Positions 49,329 to 61,729 are shown, counted from the first letter of the stretch. The stretch is 64,000 nucleotides of DNA from an uncultured Chloroflexia bacterium (GCA_963712745.1 CAVQJC010000020.1:416001-480000), one strand, 5' to 3'. Program-made: numbers and translations. Notes: generated by a model from the letters alone, not told the origin.

Positions 49329-51795
49329 CTAGGCGGGACTGCTCTCCAGCGCGTCACTACCAGCGATCTCGGTGTCGGTCCCGGGGGCGGGCGGCGGCAC
49401 CGGCGCGGGCGGGCGGCGCGCGGGCGCATTCTCCACGATGAGCATGCCCGCGGCGAGGGCCTCGATGTCGACCGAGACGAGGCCGACGTTCTTGCCCGGC
49501 CGGCCCAGCAGGTAGCCCTGCCCGGTGGTGATACCCAGCTCCCGCAGCGAGCGCAGCTGCTCGGCGGTCTCGAGGCCCTCGGCGATGGCCACCGCACCCT
49601 GGCGTACGGCCAGGTCCATGAGCGAGCGCACGACCGCGCGCGAGGAGTCGTGCTGGGCGCCGTCCTGGACCAGCGACAGATCGATCTTGACGATATCGAA
49701 ACGCACCTGGCTGAGCAGTCGCAGGCCGGCATTGCCGGCTCCGACGTCGTCGGCCGCGAGACGCACGCCCGCGTGCTGGAGGGCAGCTACGTGGCGACGC
49801 AGGCGGTCCAGGTCGGTGATGGCCTCGCGCTCGGTGAGCTCGACGATGACGCGACCGGGGCTGAGCTGGTAGCGAGCCAGGATACTCGAGCAGCCAGGCG
49901 GCGCTGAAATCCTCGGCTTCCAGGGTCTGCGGGCTGAGATTGATGGTCACCACCTGCTGAGGGTCGATCTGGGCCGCCCCGGCAGCCACGACCTCGAAAC
50001 AGGCGAGGTCGAGCTCGACCGTGCGCCCGGCCGCGGACGCCGCCGCGAACAGCTGCCCCGGGTTGGAGAATGGCGATGAGGCACCGGGCCGGATGAGACC
50101 CTCGAAGCCGAGCACGCTGCCATCACGCAGATCGACGATGGGCTGGTAGACCGGCGTCAGGTTGCGGGCACGCACGAGGTCGCGCACGGCCGTAGCCGAG
50201 CCGACGCCACTGGGATCCTGGGAGACGAGGTCCCTGTCGGGGTCGTAGATGGCCACCGTGCCGCGACCACCGCGCTTGCACCGATAGAGCGCGGCATCGG
50301 CCTGACGGAAGACCTCGTTGCGGTCGGCCGCCAACTGCGGGATGGAGGAGATGCCCCCCGAGAAGGGGATGACCCGCTCGCCCGCCGCGGGCCGGAGGCA
50401 GAAGTGCCGCAGCCGGTTGGCCGCTACCAGCGCGTTGTCGGCGTCGGTGTGTGGCAGCAGGACCGCGAACTCGTCACCACCGATGCGGAAGGCACGGTCG
50501 CCGTAGCGCAGGGCGTCGCGGATGGCGTTGGCCATGCCTACAAGCAGGCGATCGCCGGCCGGATGGCCTTCGCCGTCGTTGACGACCTTGAGGTCGTCGA
50601 GGTCGATCAGCAGCAGCGCCACAGGCACGTGGTGGCGACGGTAGAGGTCGAGCTGGCGGTCCAACTCCTCCTGGAAGGAGCGGTGGTTGCCCAGTCCGGT
50701 GAGACCATCGTGGAGCGAGTCCTCGCGCGCTTCCCGGTACAGCACTTGCAGCTGCGCTCGCGACTCGGCCAGGTCGTCGAAGGGTTGGAGGAAGGTACTG
50801 GCCAGGGCCACGGCCACGAGCAGCACCACGATCGTCAGGGCGGCGAGTGCGGCCAGCAGCGCATCTCGCGGCGGTTCGGGCGTGACGGGCCAGAGGTGGA
50901 TGAGGCCGAGATGCGCGCCGTCGTCGGTCTCCCACAGTGGCGCGGCAGTAGCCGTCCAACCGGCCGCCTCGAGGGCACGAGCGGTGCCGCCATGGCCGGC
51001 CAGGATGCCGTTGACGCGGACGCGCAGATTGCCCAGGGGCTTCACGCCCTCGACGTCCTGGGCGGTCATGGCGGCCGCGGTGCGGGCACCGGCCACGATA
51101 GTGTCGTTGGCCATGTCGACAAGCAGCGCGCTCGTGCCTAGTCCGGCCGCGCTGGGCGTGGCCGAGAACATGTCGCGCAGACCGACCTCGACGCTGATGA
51201 CTCCGGCACTCTTCCTGGGCGCGCCGATGAGCCTGGTAGCGAGGACCATGCGGCGCGTGCGGTCGGGGCCGTAGGACGTGGAGCTGACGACGGTACCCTC
51301 GGTCGCCGCAGCCACTCGGTCGATGAGCTCCGCGTCGCCGCAGGCAGCCTCACCGTCGGATGCTCCACCGGGCACTTCCAAGACCACGGTCGAGCCGTCG
51401 AGTTCACGCGTGAGGCAGGCGCCCTGTACGAGTCCCGCGTCGCCGGCGCCGATGGCCTCTACGGCCCAGGTCGCGATGGTCCGCTCCCCGCTGCCGCTGA
51501 CGCCGTCTACCAGGCGACGCACGTCGCTCGCGGCGGCGGTCGCGAGCAGTCGTGTCTCGAGTGCGGACTTGGCCGTCATGAGGTCGGCGGCGGCGGCCGA
51601 CGTCTGCCATGTCCGACGGTCCTCCGCGGCCAGCGGATCCTCGGGCGTGAGCGTGTTGATGAGGAGGATGACGCCCACCATGGGCAGCACGGCCAGACCG
51701 AGCATGGCCAGCCACAGCCGGATACGGACGAGGCGTGCGCCATCGAGGAAACGAAGGCGAGAGCGGCCGGGTGCGGACGTGTTGGGCGTTGGCAT
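49329..51795 (-). CDS. Membrane-anchored GGDEF-EAL protein, frameshift near 49880
   Basis: Two TMs flanking a sensor region; DGLTGLGN, RIGGDEF; YQPIV, FEGLIR, DDVGAG, VKIDLSLV, AEGLET, GQGYLLGRP. Confidence 0.9.
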
Positions 51796-51902
51796 AGGGC
51801 CAGCACGGGGCTGGAGTACCTATCCAACACCCTCGCCGACCGGCGCGGAATGGCCCGAATCGCACACTCCGGCACAGGACCGCCGGACTGGCAGGGGCAG
51901 GC

Positions 51903-53351
51903 TCAGCCCGGCTGGGCCACCACCATGAGCTTGAGCTCGGTCATGTCCTCGATAGCCCAGCGCAGCCCTTCTCGACCGATTCCGCTCTCCTTGATGCCGC
52001 CGTAGGGCATGTGGTCGACACGGTAGGTCGGCACGTCGTTGATGACGACGCCGCCGACATCGAGCGTCTCGAACGCCCGCCAGGCGGTGCCGAGGTCATT
52101 GGTGAAGATGCCTGCCTGCAACCCGAACCGACTGGCGTTGATCTCGGCGAAGGCCTCCTCCACGTCGCTGAAGGGGAAGGCCACGACCAGCGGCGCGAAG
52201 GCCTCGGCGGAGCACACCTGCGCGGAACGCGGTGCGTCGGTGATGACGGTGGGCTGGAAGAAGAGGCCATCGGCACGGCCGCCGGTGAGGACCCTGGCAC
52301 CGTCGGCGACCGCCTCTGCCACCCAGCGCTCGGTGCGCTCGACCGCGGCGGTGTCGACCATGGGGCCGATGTCGGTGGCCGGGTCCATGGGGTCGCCCAG
52401 CTTGAGCGCAGATGTGGCGGCCACGAAGCGGTCCATGAAGGGAACCCACACGTCCTCGTGGACGAGCAGTCGCTGTACGCTGATGCAGACCTGCCCGCTG
52501 AAGGCGAAGGCCCCGGTCAGCGAGCGTTTGACCGCCCACTCGAGGTCGGCCGAGGCATCGACGATGGCGCCGGCGTTGCCACCCAGCTCGAGGACCACGG
52601 GCTTCTTGCCGGCGCGTTCCTTCATGCGCCAGCCGACAGCCGGCGAGCCGGTGAAGGAGAGCAGCTTGAAGCGCTCGTCGGCCACCAGACGGTCACCCAG
52701 CACGCGGTCCATGGGCAGCACCGAGACGGCCCCGGCCGGCAACCCGGCCTGGTCGAGGATCTCGGCCACGGTGAGCATCGTGAGCGGGTCACGCGACGGC
52801 GGTTTGAGCAGGATGGAGCAGCCGGCCGCGAGGGCGGGGGCAAGCTTGTGGGCAGCCAGGTTGAGCGGGAAGTTGAAGGGGCTGATACCGGCCACCGGGC
52901 CGATCGGGAAGCGACGGGTGAGCGCATGGCGGCCCTTGTGCGCCGGCCCGATATCGAGGGGCAGCGTCTCACCGCCGAGGCGTTCGGCCTCCTCTGCCGC
53001 GAGACGGAAGACGAGCACGCCGCGATCGACCTCCACGCCGGCGTCGCGGATGGACTTGCCCGACTCGCGGGTGATGAGCTCGGCCAGCTCGTCCCGGCGC
53101 GCGGCGATGCCGGCGCTGATGTGACGGAGGGCCGCAGCCCGCTCGTACGTGGGCAGCCGCTTCATGGCTTCGAAGCCATCGACCGCAGCAGCAGCGGCCT
53201 CCTCGTACTGTTCCTCGGTGGCCAGGAAGGTCGAGCCGGCGAGCTCGCCGGGATGGGCCGGGTCATCGACCTCGAGGGTCCGCGGCGAAGTCGTCCAGCG
53301 GCCGGCCAGGTAGATGGGATGGTCGTGGCGGTCAAGGTCGGTCTGGGTCAT
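51903..53351 (-). CDS. Aldehyde dehydrogenase family protein
   Basis: SPFNFPLNL, FTGSP, LELGGN, GQVCIS, EAFAP, PYGGIKESG. Confidence 0.93.
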   Translation of the reverse strand: MTQTDLDRHDHPIYLAGRWTTSPRTLEVDDPAHPGELAGSTFLATEEQYEEAAAAAVDGFEAMKRLPTYERAAALRHISAGIAARRDELAELITRESGKSIRDAGVEVDRGVLVFRLAAEEAERLGGETLPLDIGPAHKGRHALTRRFPIGPVAGISPFNFPLNLAAHKLAPALAAGCSILLKPPSRDPLTMLTVAEILDQAGLPAGAVSVLPMDRVLGDRLVADERFKLLSFTGSPAVGWRMKERAGKKPVVLELGGNAGAIVDASADLEWAVKRSLTGAFAFSGQVCISVQRLLVHEDVWVPFMDRFVAATSALKLGDPMDPATDIGPMVDTAAVERTERWVAEAVADGARVLTGGRADGLFFQPTVITDAPRSAQVCSAEAFAPLVVAFPFSDVEEAFAEINASRFGLQAGIFTNDLGTAWRAFETLDVGGVVINDVPTYRVDHMPYGGIKESGIGREGLRWAIEDMTELKLMVVAQPG

Positions 53352-53455
53352 GAGGACCCCATCGTAGCCATGCATCGACGCCGCTGGGCCGTCGGCAGGG
53401 GATTCCTGACGCGTCTTGTAGGCTGATAGAGAAGCCCCGCAGCAGGAGTGCATAC

Positions 53456-53959
53456 GTGCCGCAGTACCCGAACCCACCGGAGATGGTCATCGACCCGGCC
53501 AAGAGCTACACCGCCACCATCGAGACCACGGCCGGCACCATGACCGCCGAGCTCTACGCCTCGGAAGCGCCGCGCACGGTCAACAACTTCGTCTTCCTGG
53601 CGCGCGAAGGCTTCTACGGTGACGTGATCTTCCACCGCACCATCAGCGGCTTCATGATCCAGGGCGGCGACCCCACCGGCACCGGCTCGGGTGGCCCGGG
53701 CTACCGCTTCGAGGACGAGCCCGTCTCGCGCCAATACCTGCGCGGGACGCTGGCCATGGCCAACGCCGGACCCAACACCAACGGCAGCCAGTTCTTCGTC
53801 ATGCATGCCGACTACCCCCTGCCTCCGAACTACACCATCTTCGGGAAGCTCAGCGCCGGCGAAGAGGTCGTCGACGCTATCGTGGGGGCCCCCACGGGCG
53901 CGCAGGACCGCCCCGTGAACCCGGTGGCGATCAAGTCGGTGACCATCACCGAGGCCTGA
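53456..53959 (+). CDS. Cyclophilin-type peptidyl-prolyl isomerase
   Basis: APRTVNNF, FHR, FMIQGGDPTGTGSGGPG, AMANAGPNTNGSQFF. Confidence 0.95.
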   Translation: MPQYPNPPEMVIDPAKSYTATIETTAGTMTAELYASEAPRTVNNFVFLAREGFYGDVIFHRTISGFMIQGGDPTGTGSGGPGYRFEDEPVSRQYLRGTLAMANAGPNTNGSQFFVMHADYPLPPNYTIFGKLSAGEEVVDAIVGAPTGAQDRPVNPVAIKSVTITEA

Positions 53960-53961
53960 GC

Positions 53962-54294
53962 GTGGGAACCAAGGGTACGCGGGCCAAGAGTGCCGGCATC
54001 GAGGCGACCGCCGAGCTGGAACGCGTGCTGGAGCCCCTGGGCATCGCCTCGCGCTCGATGTTCGGCGGCCACGGCCTGTTCAAGGACGACGTGATGTTCG
54101 CCATCGTCGACTCAGAGGGCCGGCTGTATCTGCGTGCCGACAGCTCTACCGCTCTCGCCTTCGAGGCTGCCGGCTCCACCCAGCACGCGCGCATGCCCTA
54201 CTGGGAGGTGCCGGAGCCGGTGCGCGAGGACTCCGAGCAGCTGCGCGAGTGGGCGGCCACGGCTGCCGAGGTCGCCGTCCGCAGTCGGCGCTGA
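53962..54294 (+). CDS. TfoX/Sxy N-terminal domain protein
   Basis: RSMFGGHGLF....FAIV...LYLR, MPYWEVP, L.EWA. Confidence 0.85.
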   Translation: MGTKGTRAKSAGIEATAELERVLEPLGIASRSMFGGHGLFKDDVMFAIVDSEGRLYLRADSSTALAFEAAGSTQHARMPYWEVPEPVREDSEQLREWAATAAEVAVRSRR

Positions 54295-54308
54295 CACGCC
54301 CTCGGCGA

Positions 54309-54515
54309 CTACTCCGGCGAGGCCGAGGGCAGCAGCACCTTGATGGCCTCGTCGATGGTCGGCGCGTCTGGCGCCTCCGAGCCGAAGAAGAAGAGCCAGG
54401 CCGCGGCGATGGCGGCGATGAACACGATCACGAGCACGACCGCGACCAGGCCCACGATGATCCAGCGGCGCCGACGTACGCGTTCCTGGTCCTGCATCTC
54501 TGGCGTACCGCTCAT
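54309..54515 (-). CDS. Small single-pass membrane protein (68 aa)
   Basis: GGAGG SD; RRRR followed by a long hydrophobic helix. Confidence 0.6.
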   Translation of the reverse strand: MSGTPEMQDQERVRRRRWIIVGLVAVVLVIVFIAAIAAAWLFFFGSEAPDAPTIDEAIKVLLPSASPE

Positions 54516-54604
54516 CGACGTCCTCCTGGGGGTACCGCCCAGCGGCCACCCTTCCTGCCCCAAGCATAGTCTGCGTGCGGTGCACGACAGTCCTGTGACG
54601 GCGA

Positions 54605-55477
54605 TCAGATATCCGGCTCGACGCAGCGTGCGTAGCAGCCCATCACGCGGACCCACACGCAGACCGATCGCAGGTCCGCCAGGAAAGAACGTGCTGCTGC
54701 CTCATCACCGCAGACATCGGAGTCGATATCGACCCAGAAGACGTACTCCCAGCTGCCCTCGCGACTGGGCCGCGACTCGAGCTTGGTCATATTGATGCGA
54801 TGGTCGGCGATCACTCCGAGCGCTCGCACCAGCGTGCCCGGCTCGTTGCGCACGGAGAACGCGATGGCGCTGCGGCGACTACCGTCGACATCGGCCGTGG
54901 CCGGGACCGGCAGGGCGGTCGAGCTGGGCAGCGCCAGCACCAGGAAGCGGGTGCGGTTGCGCCGCTCGGCCTGGATGTCCTGGGCCAGCACCTCCAGGCC
55001 GTGGATCTCCGCGGCCCGAGGCGACAGCACCGCGGCCGAGCCCCGCTCCCCTGCCTCGCGGATGGCACGCCCGGCGCCGGCAGTGTTGGTGGCAGCCAGC
55101 AGGGTCCACTCACGAGAGCGCAGGAATGGCTCCGCCTGGGTCAGGGCCTGGATGTGCGAGTAGACCCGTTCGATCGACTCCAGCCGCTCGCCGGGCAGCG
55201 CTGCCAGGCACAGGCGGACGGGCACGATGACTTCGCCGACCACGGCTGCCTCGGTCTCGAGCAGTAGGTCGTAGACCTCGCGCACACCGCCGCCGACCAC
55301 ATTCTCGATGGGCAGGACGCCGGCCGCGACCACACCCGTCTGGACCGCCTCGACGACATCTCCGAACATGGGCACGGGCAAGGCGCGGGCATCAGGATAG
55401 GCCGCCAGCACCGCGTCCTCGGCGAAGGAGCCGGGTGCGCCGGCGAAGGCCACGCGCATCGCTGCCTCGGTCGTCAC
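54605..55477 (-). CDS. pheA: Prephenate dehydratase
   Basis: GAPGSFAE, LPIEN, SHIQAL, NRTRF, ACT domain KLESRP. Confidence 0.92.
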   Translation of the reverse strand: MTTEAAMRVAFAGAPGSFAEDAVLAAYPDARALPVPMFGDVVEAVQTGVVAAGVLPIENVVGGGVREVYDLLLETEAAVVGEVIVPVRLCLAALPGERLESIERVYSHIQALTQAEPFLRSREWTLLAATNTAGAGRAIREAGERGSAAVLSPRAAEIHGLEVLAQDIQAERRNRTRFLVLALPSSTALPVPATADVDGSRRSAIAFSVRNEPGTLVRALGVIADHRINMTKLESRPSREGSWEYVFWVDIDSDVCGDEAAARSFLADLRSVCVWVRVMGCYARCVEPDI

Positions 55478-55609
55478 CGCGCAAGCCTAGCGCCCCAGGG
55501 CAGAGAGCGACGGCGCCGAGGGTGTGGCCCCAGCACCGCGCGACGACCGCCACTGCCCCCCGGGCAGGGAGATGATCGACCCGGGTCAGCGGGCCCTGGC
55601 CAGCGCCGC

Positions 55610-57241
55610 TCAGACGGTCGGTTTCGCGGCCTGGCTCTGCTTCCAGATGGCGTATTCGAAGGAGTCGGCCAGGGCCGCCGCCGAAGCCGAGATGATGTTC
55701 GTGTCCGAGCCCATCGTCGACCATTCGTGGTCACCGTCGATGGAGTCGATGATCACCCGGGTCCGGGCCGCGGTGGCAGCCTGGCCATCGATGATGCGCA
55801 CCTTGTAGTCGACCAGGCGCATCGACTGCAGCTGCGGGTAGAACGCACCGAGTGCCTTGCGCAGCGCAGTGTCGAGCGCATTGACCGGGCCGTTGCCCTC
55901 GGCGGCGGTGTGCAGGACCTCACCGTCGACCCTGACCTTGACCGTGGCTTCCGAGAGGAAGTCGCGGCCCAGCCGTTGTTCCGAGAGCGTGGTGTAGTCG
56001 AGGATCTCGAAGGGTGCCTCGTAGTTGGCGCTCTTGCGCCGGATGAGAAGTTCGAACGAGGCTTCCGCGCCCTCGAAGGCGAGGCCCTGGTTCTCGAGCT
56101 CCTTGATGGTCTCTGACAGCACCTTGGGATCGATGCCCTCGAGGTTGTGGCCCAGCTGCTCGGCACGGATGCGCGTGTTGGCGCGGCCCCCGAGCTCCGA
56201 GACGACGAGGCGGCTCTCGTTACCCACGAGGACCGGGTCCACGTGCTGGTAGCTGTGCTCGACCTTGGCTACCGCGGCACCGTGGACGCCGCCCTTGTGC
56301 GCGAAGGCGGAGCGGCCCACGAAGGGCTGGTAGTCGAGTGGCGTGACATTGGCGATCTCCGCCACCGAGCGAGAGAGCGAGGTCAGGTGGCTGATGTCGC
56401 CGCCACCGACGGGGGCCAGCTGAAGCTCTGTCTTGAGCGCCAGGTTGGCCATCACGCTGACCATGTTGGCGTTGCCGCAGCGCTCGCCGTAGCCATTGAT
56501 GGTGGCCTGCACGTGGCGGGCACCGGCGGCCACGGCCGCCATCGTGTTGGCCACCGCCAGCTCGGCATCGTTGTGGGTGTGGATGCCCCAGGTCACCTCG
56601 GGCGCATCGGGGTCGGCGGCCAGCGACTCGCGGGTGTCGCTGAAGATGGCCACCAGCTCCCCGGTGAGGGTGCCGCCGTTGGTGTCGCAGAGCACGATGT
56701 CGCGGGCACCGGCCTGGCGCGCAGCGCGCAGCGTGTTCAGCGCGTACTCACGGTCGGCCTTGTAGCCGTCGAAGTAGTGCTCGGCATCGTATACGACGGT
56801 GCGGCCCTGCTCGCGGATCCACTGGACCGACTCCGCGATCATGTCCAGGTTCTGGTCGAGGGACGCACCCAGCACCTCGATGGCGTGGAGCGTCCAGGAC
56901 TTGCCGAAGATGGTCACCACCGGCGTCTCCGCGCGCACCAGCTCGTTGAGGAATGGATCCTCGGCGGCGGTGTTGGCGCGGTGGCGCGTGGAGCCGAACG
57001 CCGCCAGCTTGGCGTTGGTCCAGGTCATCTTCTTGGCGGCGGCGAAGAACTCGATGTCCTTGGGGTTGGAACCCGGCCAGCCGCCCTCGATGAAGGGCAT
57101 GCCGTACTCGTCGAGCATCCGCGCGACACGGATCTTGTCCGCGAGCGAGAGGGTGATGTTCTCGCCCTGGGTCCCGTCGCGAAGGGTCGTGTCGTAGAGG
57201 ACGACCGGCTTGTCTGCGGCCGGTGCTAGGTCGGTGCTCAC
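55610..57241 (-). CDS. cimA: Citramalate synthase (CimA-type LeuA paralogue)
   Basis: DTTLRDGTQGE, IEGGWPGSNPKD, YDAEHYFDG, AFAHKGGVH, FEGAEASFELL. Confidence 0.88.
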   Translation of the reverse strand: MSTDLAPAADKPVVLYDTTLRDGTQGENITLSLADKIRVARMLDEYGMPFIEGGWPGSNPKDIEFFAAAKKMTWTNAKLAAFGSTRHRANTAAEDPFLNELVRAETPVVTIFGKSWTLHAIEVLGASLDQNLDMIAESVQWIREQGRTVVYDAEHYFDGYKADREYALNTLRAARQAGARDIVLCDTNGGTLTGELVAIFSDTRESLAADPDAPEVTWGIHTHNDAELAVANTMAAVAAGARHVQATINGYGERCGNANMVSVMANLALKTELQLAPVGGGDISHLTSLSRSVAEIANVTPLDYQPFVGRSAFAHKGGVHGAAVAKVEHSYQHVDPVLVGNESRLVVSELGGRANTRIRAEQLGHNLEGIDPKVLSETIKELENQGLAFEGAEASFELLIRRKSANYEAPFEILDYTTLSEQRLGRDFLSEATVKVRVDGEVLHTAAEGNGPVNALDTALRKALGAFYPQLQSMRLVDYKVRIIDGQAATAARTRVIIDSIDGDHEWSTMGSDTNIISASAAALADSFEYAIWKQSQAAKPTV

Positions 57242-57265
57242 GGTGCTCTCCCCGTTCTGATGCGG

Positions 57266-58393
57266 CTAGACGGTGTGCAACTGCGCCGCCACGGCCTCGC
57301 CGAAGGCGGCAGTGCCGACGCTGACCCAACCGCGAGCCTCGCCGTCGGGGCCCATCAGGTCCTTCGTGCGAGTCCCGCCGTCGAGCGTGGCGCGAACGGC
57401 TGTCTGGATGGCATCGGCCGCCGCCGACTGGCCCAGAGACCAGCGCAGCATCATGGCCGCCGACAGGATGGTGGCGGTGGGGTTGGCGATGTCGAGGCCG
57501 GTCTTGGCCGGGGAAGAGCCGTGGATGGGCTCGTACATCCCGGTCGTCCCGTGCTCGGTCTTGCGTTCGCCGAGCGAGGCGCTGGGCAGCATGCCCAGCG
57601 ATCCGGCGAGGACCGAGGCCTCGTCACTGAGGATGTCTCCGAACATGTTGCCGGTGACGATGACGTCGAACGAGGCCGGCTTGGTGATGAGGGACATGGC
57701 CGTGGAGTCGACGAGCCGGTGCTCCAGCTCGACATCGGGATAGGCCGGGGCGATCTCGTCGGTGACTGCCCGCCACAGCCGGCTGTTGGCCAGCACGTTG
57801 GCCTTGTCCACGCTGGTCAGCTTCTTGCGCCGGCCGCGAGCGAGCTCGAAAGCGAGCTCGACGATACGACGGATCTCCGGCTCGGTGTAGGCCATGGTGT
57901 CGTAGGCCTCGCGCCCATGGGGCCCCTCGAAGGCCTCCTCGCGCTTGCCGAAGTAGATGCCGCCGGTGAGCTCGCGGACGATCATCATGTCCACGCCCTC
58001 GATGAGGTCCGCCCGCAGCGGCGAGGCCTCCTTGAGCGAGGGCTCGACCGAGACCGGTCGGAGGTTGGCGTAGAGACCCAGCACCTTGCGCATCTTGAGC
58101 AGCCCCTGCTCGGGGCGCACCTTGGCTGCGGGGTCGTCCCACTTGGGGCCGCCGACCGCGCCCAGCAGCACGGCATCGGCGGCCAGCATGATATCGAGGT
58201 CTTCGTCGCGAACGGCCGTGCCGTAGGCGTCGATGGCGACGCCGCCGGCCTTCACCTCTGTCCACTCGATGTCGAAGCCGAAGCGCTCCTGGGCCGCGGT
58301 CAGCACGACCAGGCTGGCCTCGACGATCTCCGGCCCGATGCCGTCACCGGGGATCTTGACGACCTTGTAGGTGGGAGTGCCTTCCGGGCTCAA
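57266..58393 (-). CDS. leuB: 3-isopropylmalate dehydrogenase
   Basis: PGDGIGPE, GAVGGPKWD, RELTGGIYFG, VDKANVL, NMFGDILSDEAS, EPIHGS. Confidence 0.96.
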   Translation of the reverse strand: MSPEGTPTYKVVKIPGDGIGPEIVEASLVVLTAAQERFGFDIEWTEVKAGGVAIDAYGTAVRDEDLDIMLAADAVLLGAVGGPKWDDPAAKVRPEQGLLKMRKVLGLYANLRPVSVEPSLKEASPLRADLIEGVDMMIVRELTGGIYFGKREEAFEGPHGREAYDTMAYTEPEIRRIVELAFELARGRRKKLTSVDKANVLANSRLWRAVTDEIAPAYPDVELEHRLVDSTAMSLITKPASFDVIVTGNMFGDILSDEASVLAGSLGMLPSASLGERKTEHGTTGMYEPIHGSSPAKTGLDIANPTATILSAAMMLRWSLGQSAAADAIQTAVRATLDGGTRTKDLMGPDGEARGWVSVGTAAFGEAVAAQLHTV

Positions 58394-60008
58394 GCTTCGG
58401 TCTCCTTCCCGGCCTCGGTCGCTTGATCCGCTGCCGCCTCGTGCCAGAGCAGCTTCTCCAGCCCGGCCAGATAGGCCTCCAGGGAGGCCTCGATGATGTT
58501 GGTGGACAGTCCGTGACCGTTGACGGTCTCGGCCGTTCCCTCGGGATCGATCGAACGCCGGGCCCGGACCATCACCTGGCCCTGGGCGTCCTCGCCGCCC
58601 GAGACCGCGCGGATCTCGTACTCAGCCAGGCGTGGGTACCAGCCGATGATGGGCTCGACGGCCTTGTCCACGGCCGCGAAGAGCGCGTCGACGGGGCCGT
58701 TGCCCTCGGCCAGCGCTTCGGCCGACTCACCCTTGACGACAAGTGAGACCGCTCCCTTGGCCACGCCGCCCTTGCCCGTGCTGATGGACCAGTCCTCGAG
58801 CTTGACCGGTGAATCGGGTGCCGCCGCCTCATCCTTGCCGGCGCCGGAGGCCTGGGCCTCGACGAGGGCAGTGAGGTCGGCGTCGGTGACTTCCTTCTTG
58901 GCATCGGCCAGGGCGATGGCCTGGCGGTAGACGCGGTCGAGCGCCTCGCCCTCGAGCTCGTAGCCCAGCTCGGCCAGCTTGCCCTGCAGGCCGCGGCGGC
59001 CGGAGAGCTTGCCCACCGACAGGCGTGAGCCGGCCAGGCCCACCGACTGCGGCGTCATGATCTCGTAGGTCAGCGCGTTCTTGAGCACGCCGTCCTGGTG
59101 GATGCCCGACTCGTGGGCAAAGGCATTGCGGCCCACGATGGCCTTGTTGGGCTGGACCGCGAAACCGGTCAGGTAGCTGACCAGCCGGCTGGCGTTGCTG
59201 ATCTGCTCGGTGTTGATGCCGTGGCCGGCCACCTGGAACTCGGTGGGGCGGGTGCGCAGCGCCATCACCACTTCCTCCAGGGAGGCGTTGCCGGCGCGCT
59301 CGCCGAGGCCGTTGATGGTCACCTCCACCTGGCGCGCACCGGCCTGTACGGCCGCGAGCGTGTTGGCCGTCGCCAGGCCCAGGTCGTTGTGACAGTGGAC
59401 GCTGATGACGGCGCCAGAGCCGACGCGGTCGACGACCATCTGGGTCAGACGGCCGAACTCGGCAGGGATGGCATAGCCGACGGTATCGGGGATGTTGACG
59501 GTAGTGGCACCGGCATCGACCACGGCCTCGTAGACCTTGAGCAGGAAGTCGTGCTCGGTGCGGCTGGCATCCTCGGCACTGAACTCGATCTCGGCGTCAG
59601 GTCCCAGGCGCTTGCGCGCGTAGCTGACCCACTTGACCGCCGCCGCGAGCGCTTCCTCGCGGGACATCTTCAGCTTGTGCTTGAGGTGGATGTCGCTGGT
59701 GGCGATGAAGAGGTGCAGGTGCGGCTTCTCCGCCGGCAACAGCGCCTCCACCCCACGCTGGGGATCGCCGTCCTTGCAGCGGGCGAGGCCGGCCACGGCG
59801 ATACCCTTGGTCTCGGTGGCGATGCGCTGGACGGCTTCGAAATCGCCGGGCGAGGCGGCCGGAAAGCCGGCCTCGATGACGTCGACCCTGAGGCGGGCGA
59901 GCTGGCGGGCGACCTCGATCTTCTCGGCCACCGTGAGCCCGGCACCGGGCGCCTGCTCACCGTCACGCAGGGTGGTATCGAATATGCGTACCGGTACGTC
60001 GGCAGTCA

Positions 60009-60009
<1 letters not shown>
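58390..60009 (-). CDS. leuA: 2-isopropylmalate synthase
   Basis: DTTLRDGEQ, HCHNDLGLA, GERAGNA, AHESGIHQDG, GNGPVDA. Confidence 0.95.
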
Positions 60010-61076
<1,067 letters not shown>

Positions 61077-61091
61077 GTGTGGGAATCCCTC

Positions 61092-61727
61092 CTACTCGGT
61101 CGCGGGTCGTGTGGTGGTGGGAGTGGTAGCCGGTTCAGGCCCGGCACGCAGGATGGCCTCGAGGTCGATGGCGCCGGAGCCGCGGCCGAGGGCGATGGTG
61201 CCGGTGCGGACCATCTCCTTGATACCGAAGCCGCCGAGCAAGGCCACGAGCGAATCGATCTCCTGCTCGGTGCCGCTGTGTTCGATGATCACCGTCTCGG
61301 GGCCGACGTCGAGGACGCGGCCCTTGTACAGCTCGATGATGCGCAGGATCTCGCCGCGCTTGGATTCGGTGGCACGGACCTTGATCAGCGCCAGCTCGTG
61401 CTCGACCACGCCCGACTCGGGCAGGTCCTGCACCTTGAGCACGTCGATGAGGCGGTAGAGCTGCTTGCCCATCTGCTCGACGGCGAAGTCGTCCCCGCGC
61501 AGGGTGATGGTCATGCGGCTGATGTCGGGCCGCTCGGTGTGGCCGACGGCCAGCGACTCGATGTTGAAGTTGCGGCTGCGGACCATGCTGGCCACGCGAT
61601 TGAGCACACCGGGCTGGTTGTTGACCAGCACCACCAGCACGTGGCGGTGGGTCTGGCCCGAGCCCGGGACGTAGCGTGCCCTGGGCACGTTCTTGGCTGG
61701 GGCCGAGATGGGATCGTTCATGGCCAT
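61092..61727 (-). CDS. ilvN: Acetolactate synthase small subunit
   Basis: NQPGVLNRV, FNIESLAVG, KQLYRLIDV, EMVRTG. Confidence 0.95.
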   Translation of the reverse strand: MAMNDPISAPAKNVPRARYVPGSGQTHRHVLVVLVNNQPGVLNRVASMVRSRNFNIESLAVGHTERPDISRMTITLRGDDFAVEQMGKQLYRLIDVLKVQDLPESGVVEHELALIKVRATESKRGEILRIIELYKGRVLDVGPETVIIEHSGTEQEIDSLVALLGGFGIKEMVRTGTIALGRGSGAIDLEAILRAGPEPATTPTTTRPATE

Positions 61728-61729
61728 GG

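Noticed and set aside
53962-54294. TfoX-domain gene as a competence regulator linked to the Tad pili
   Set aside because: Stand-alone TfoX_N proteins are widespread, and no DNA-uptake genes are nearby.
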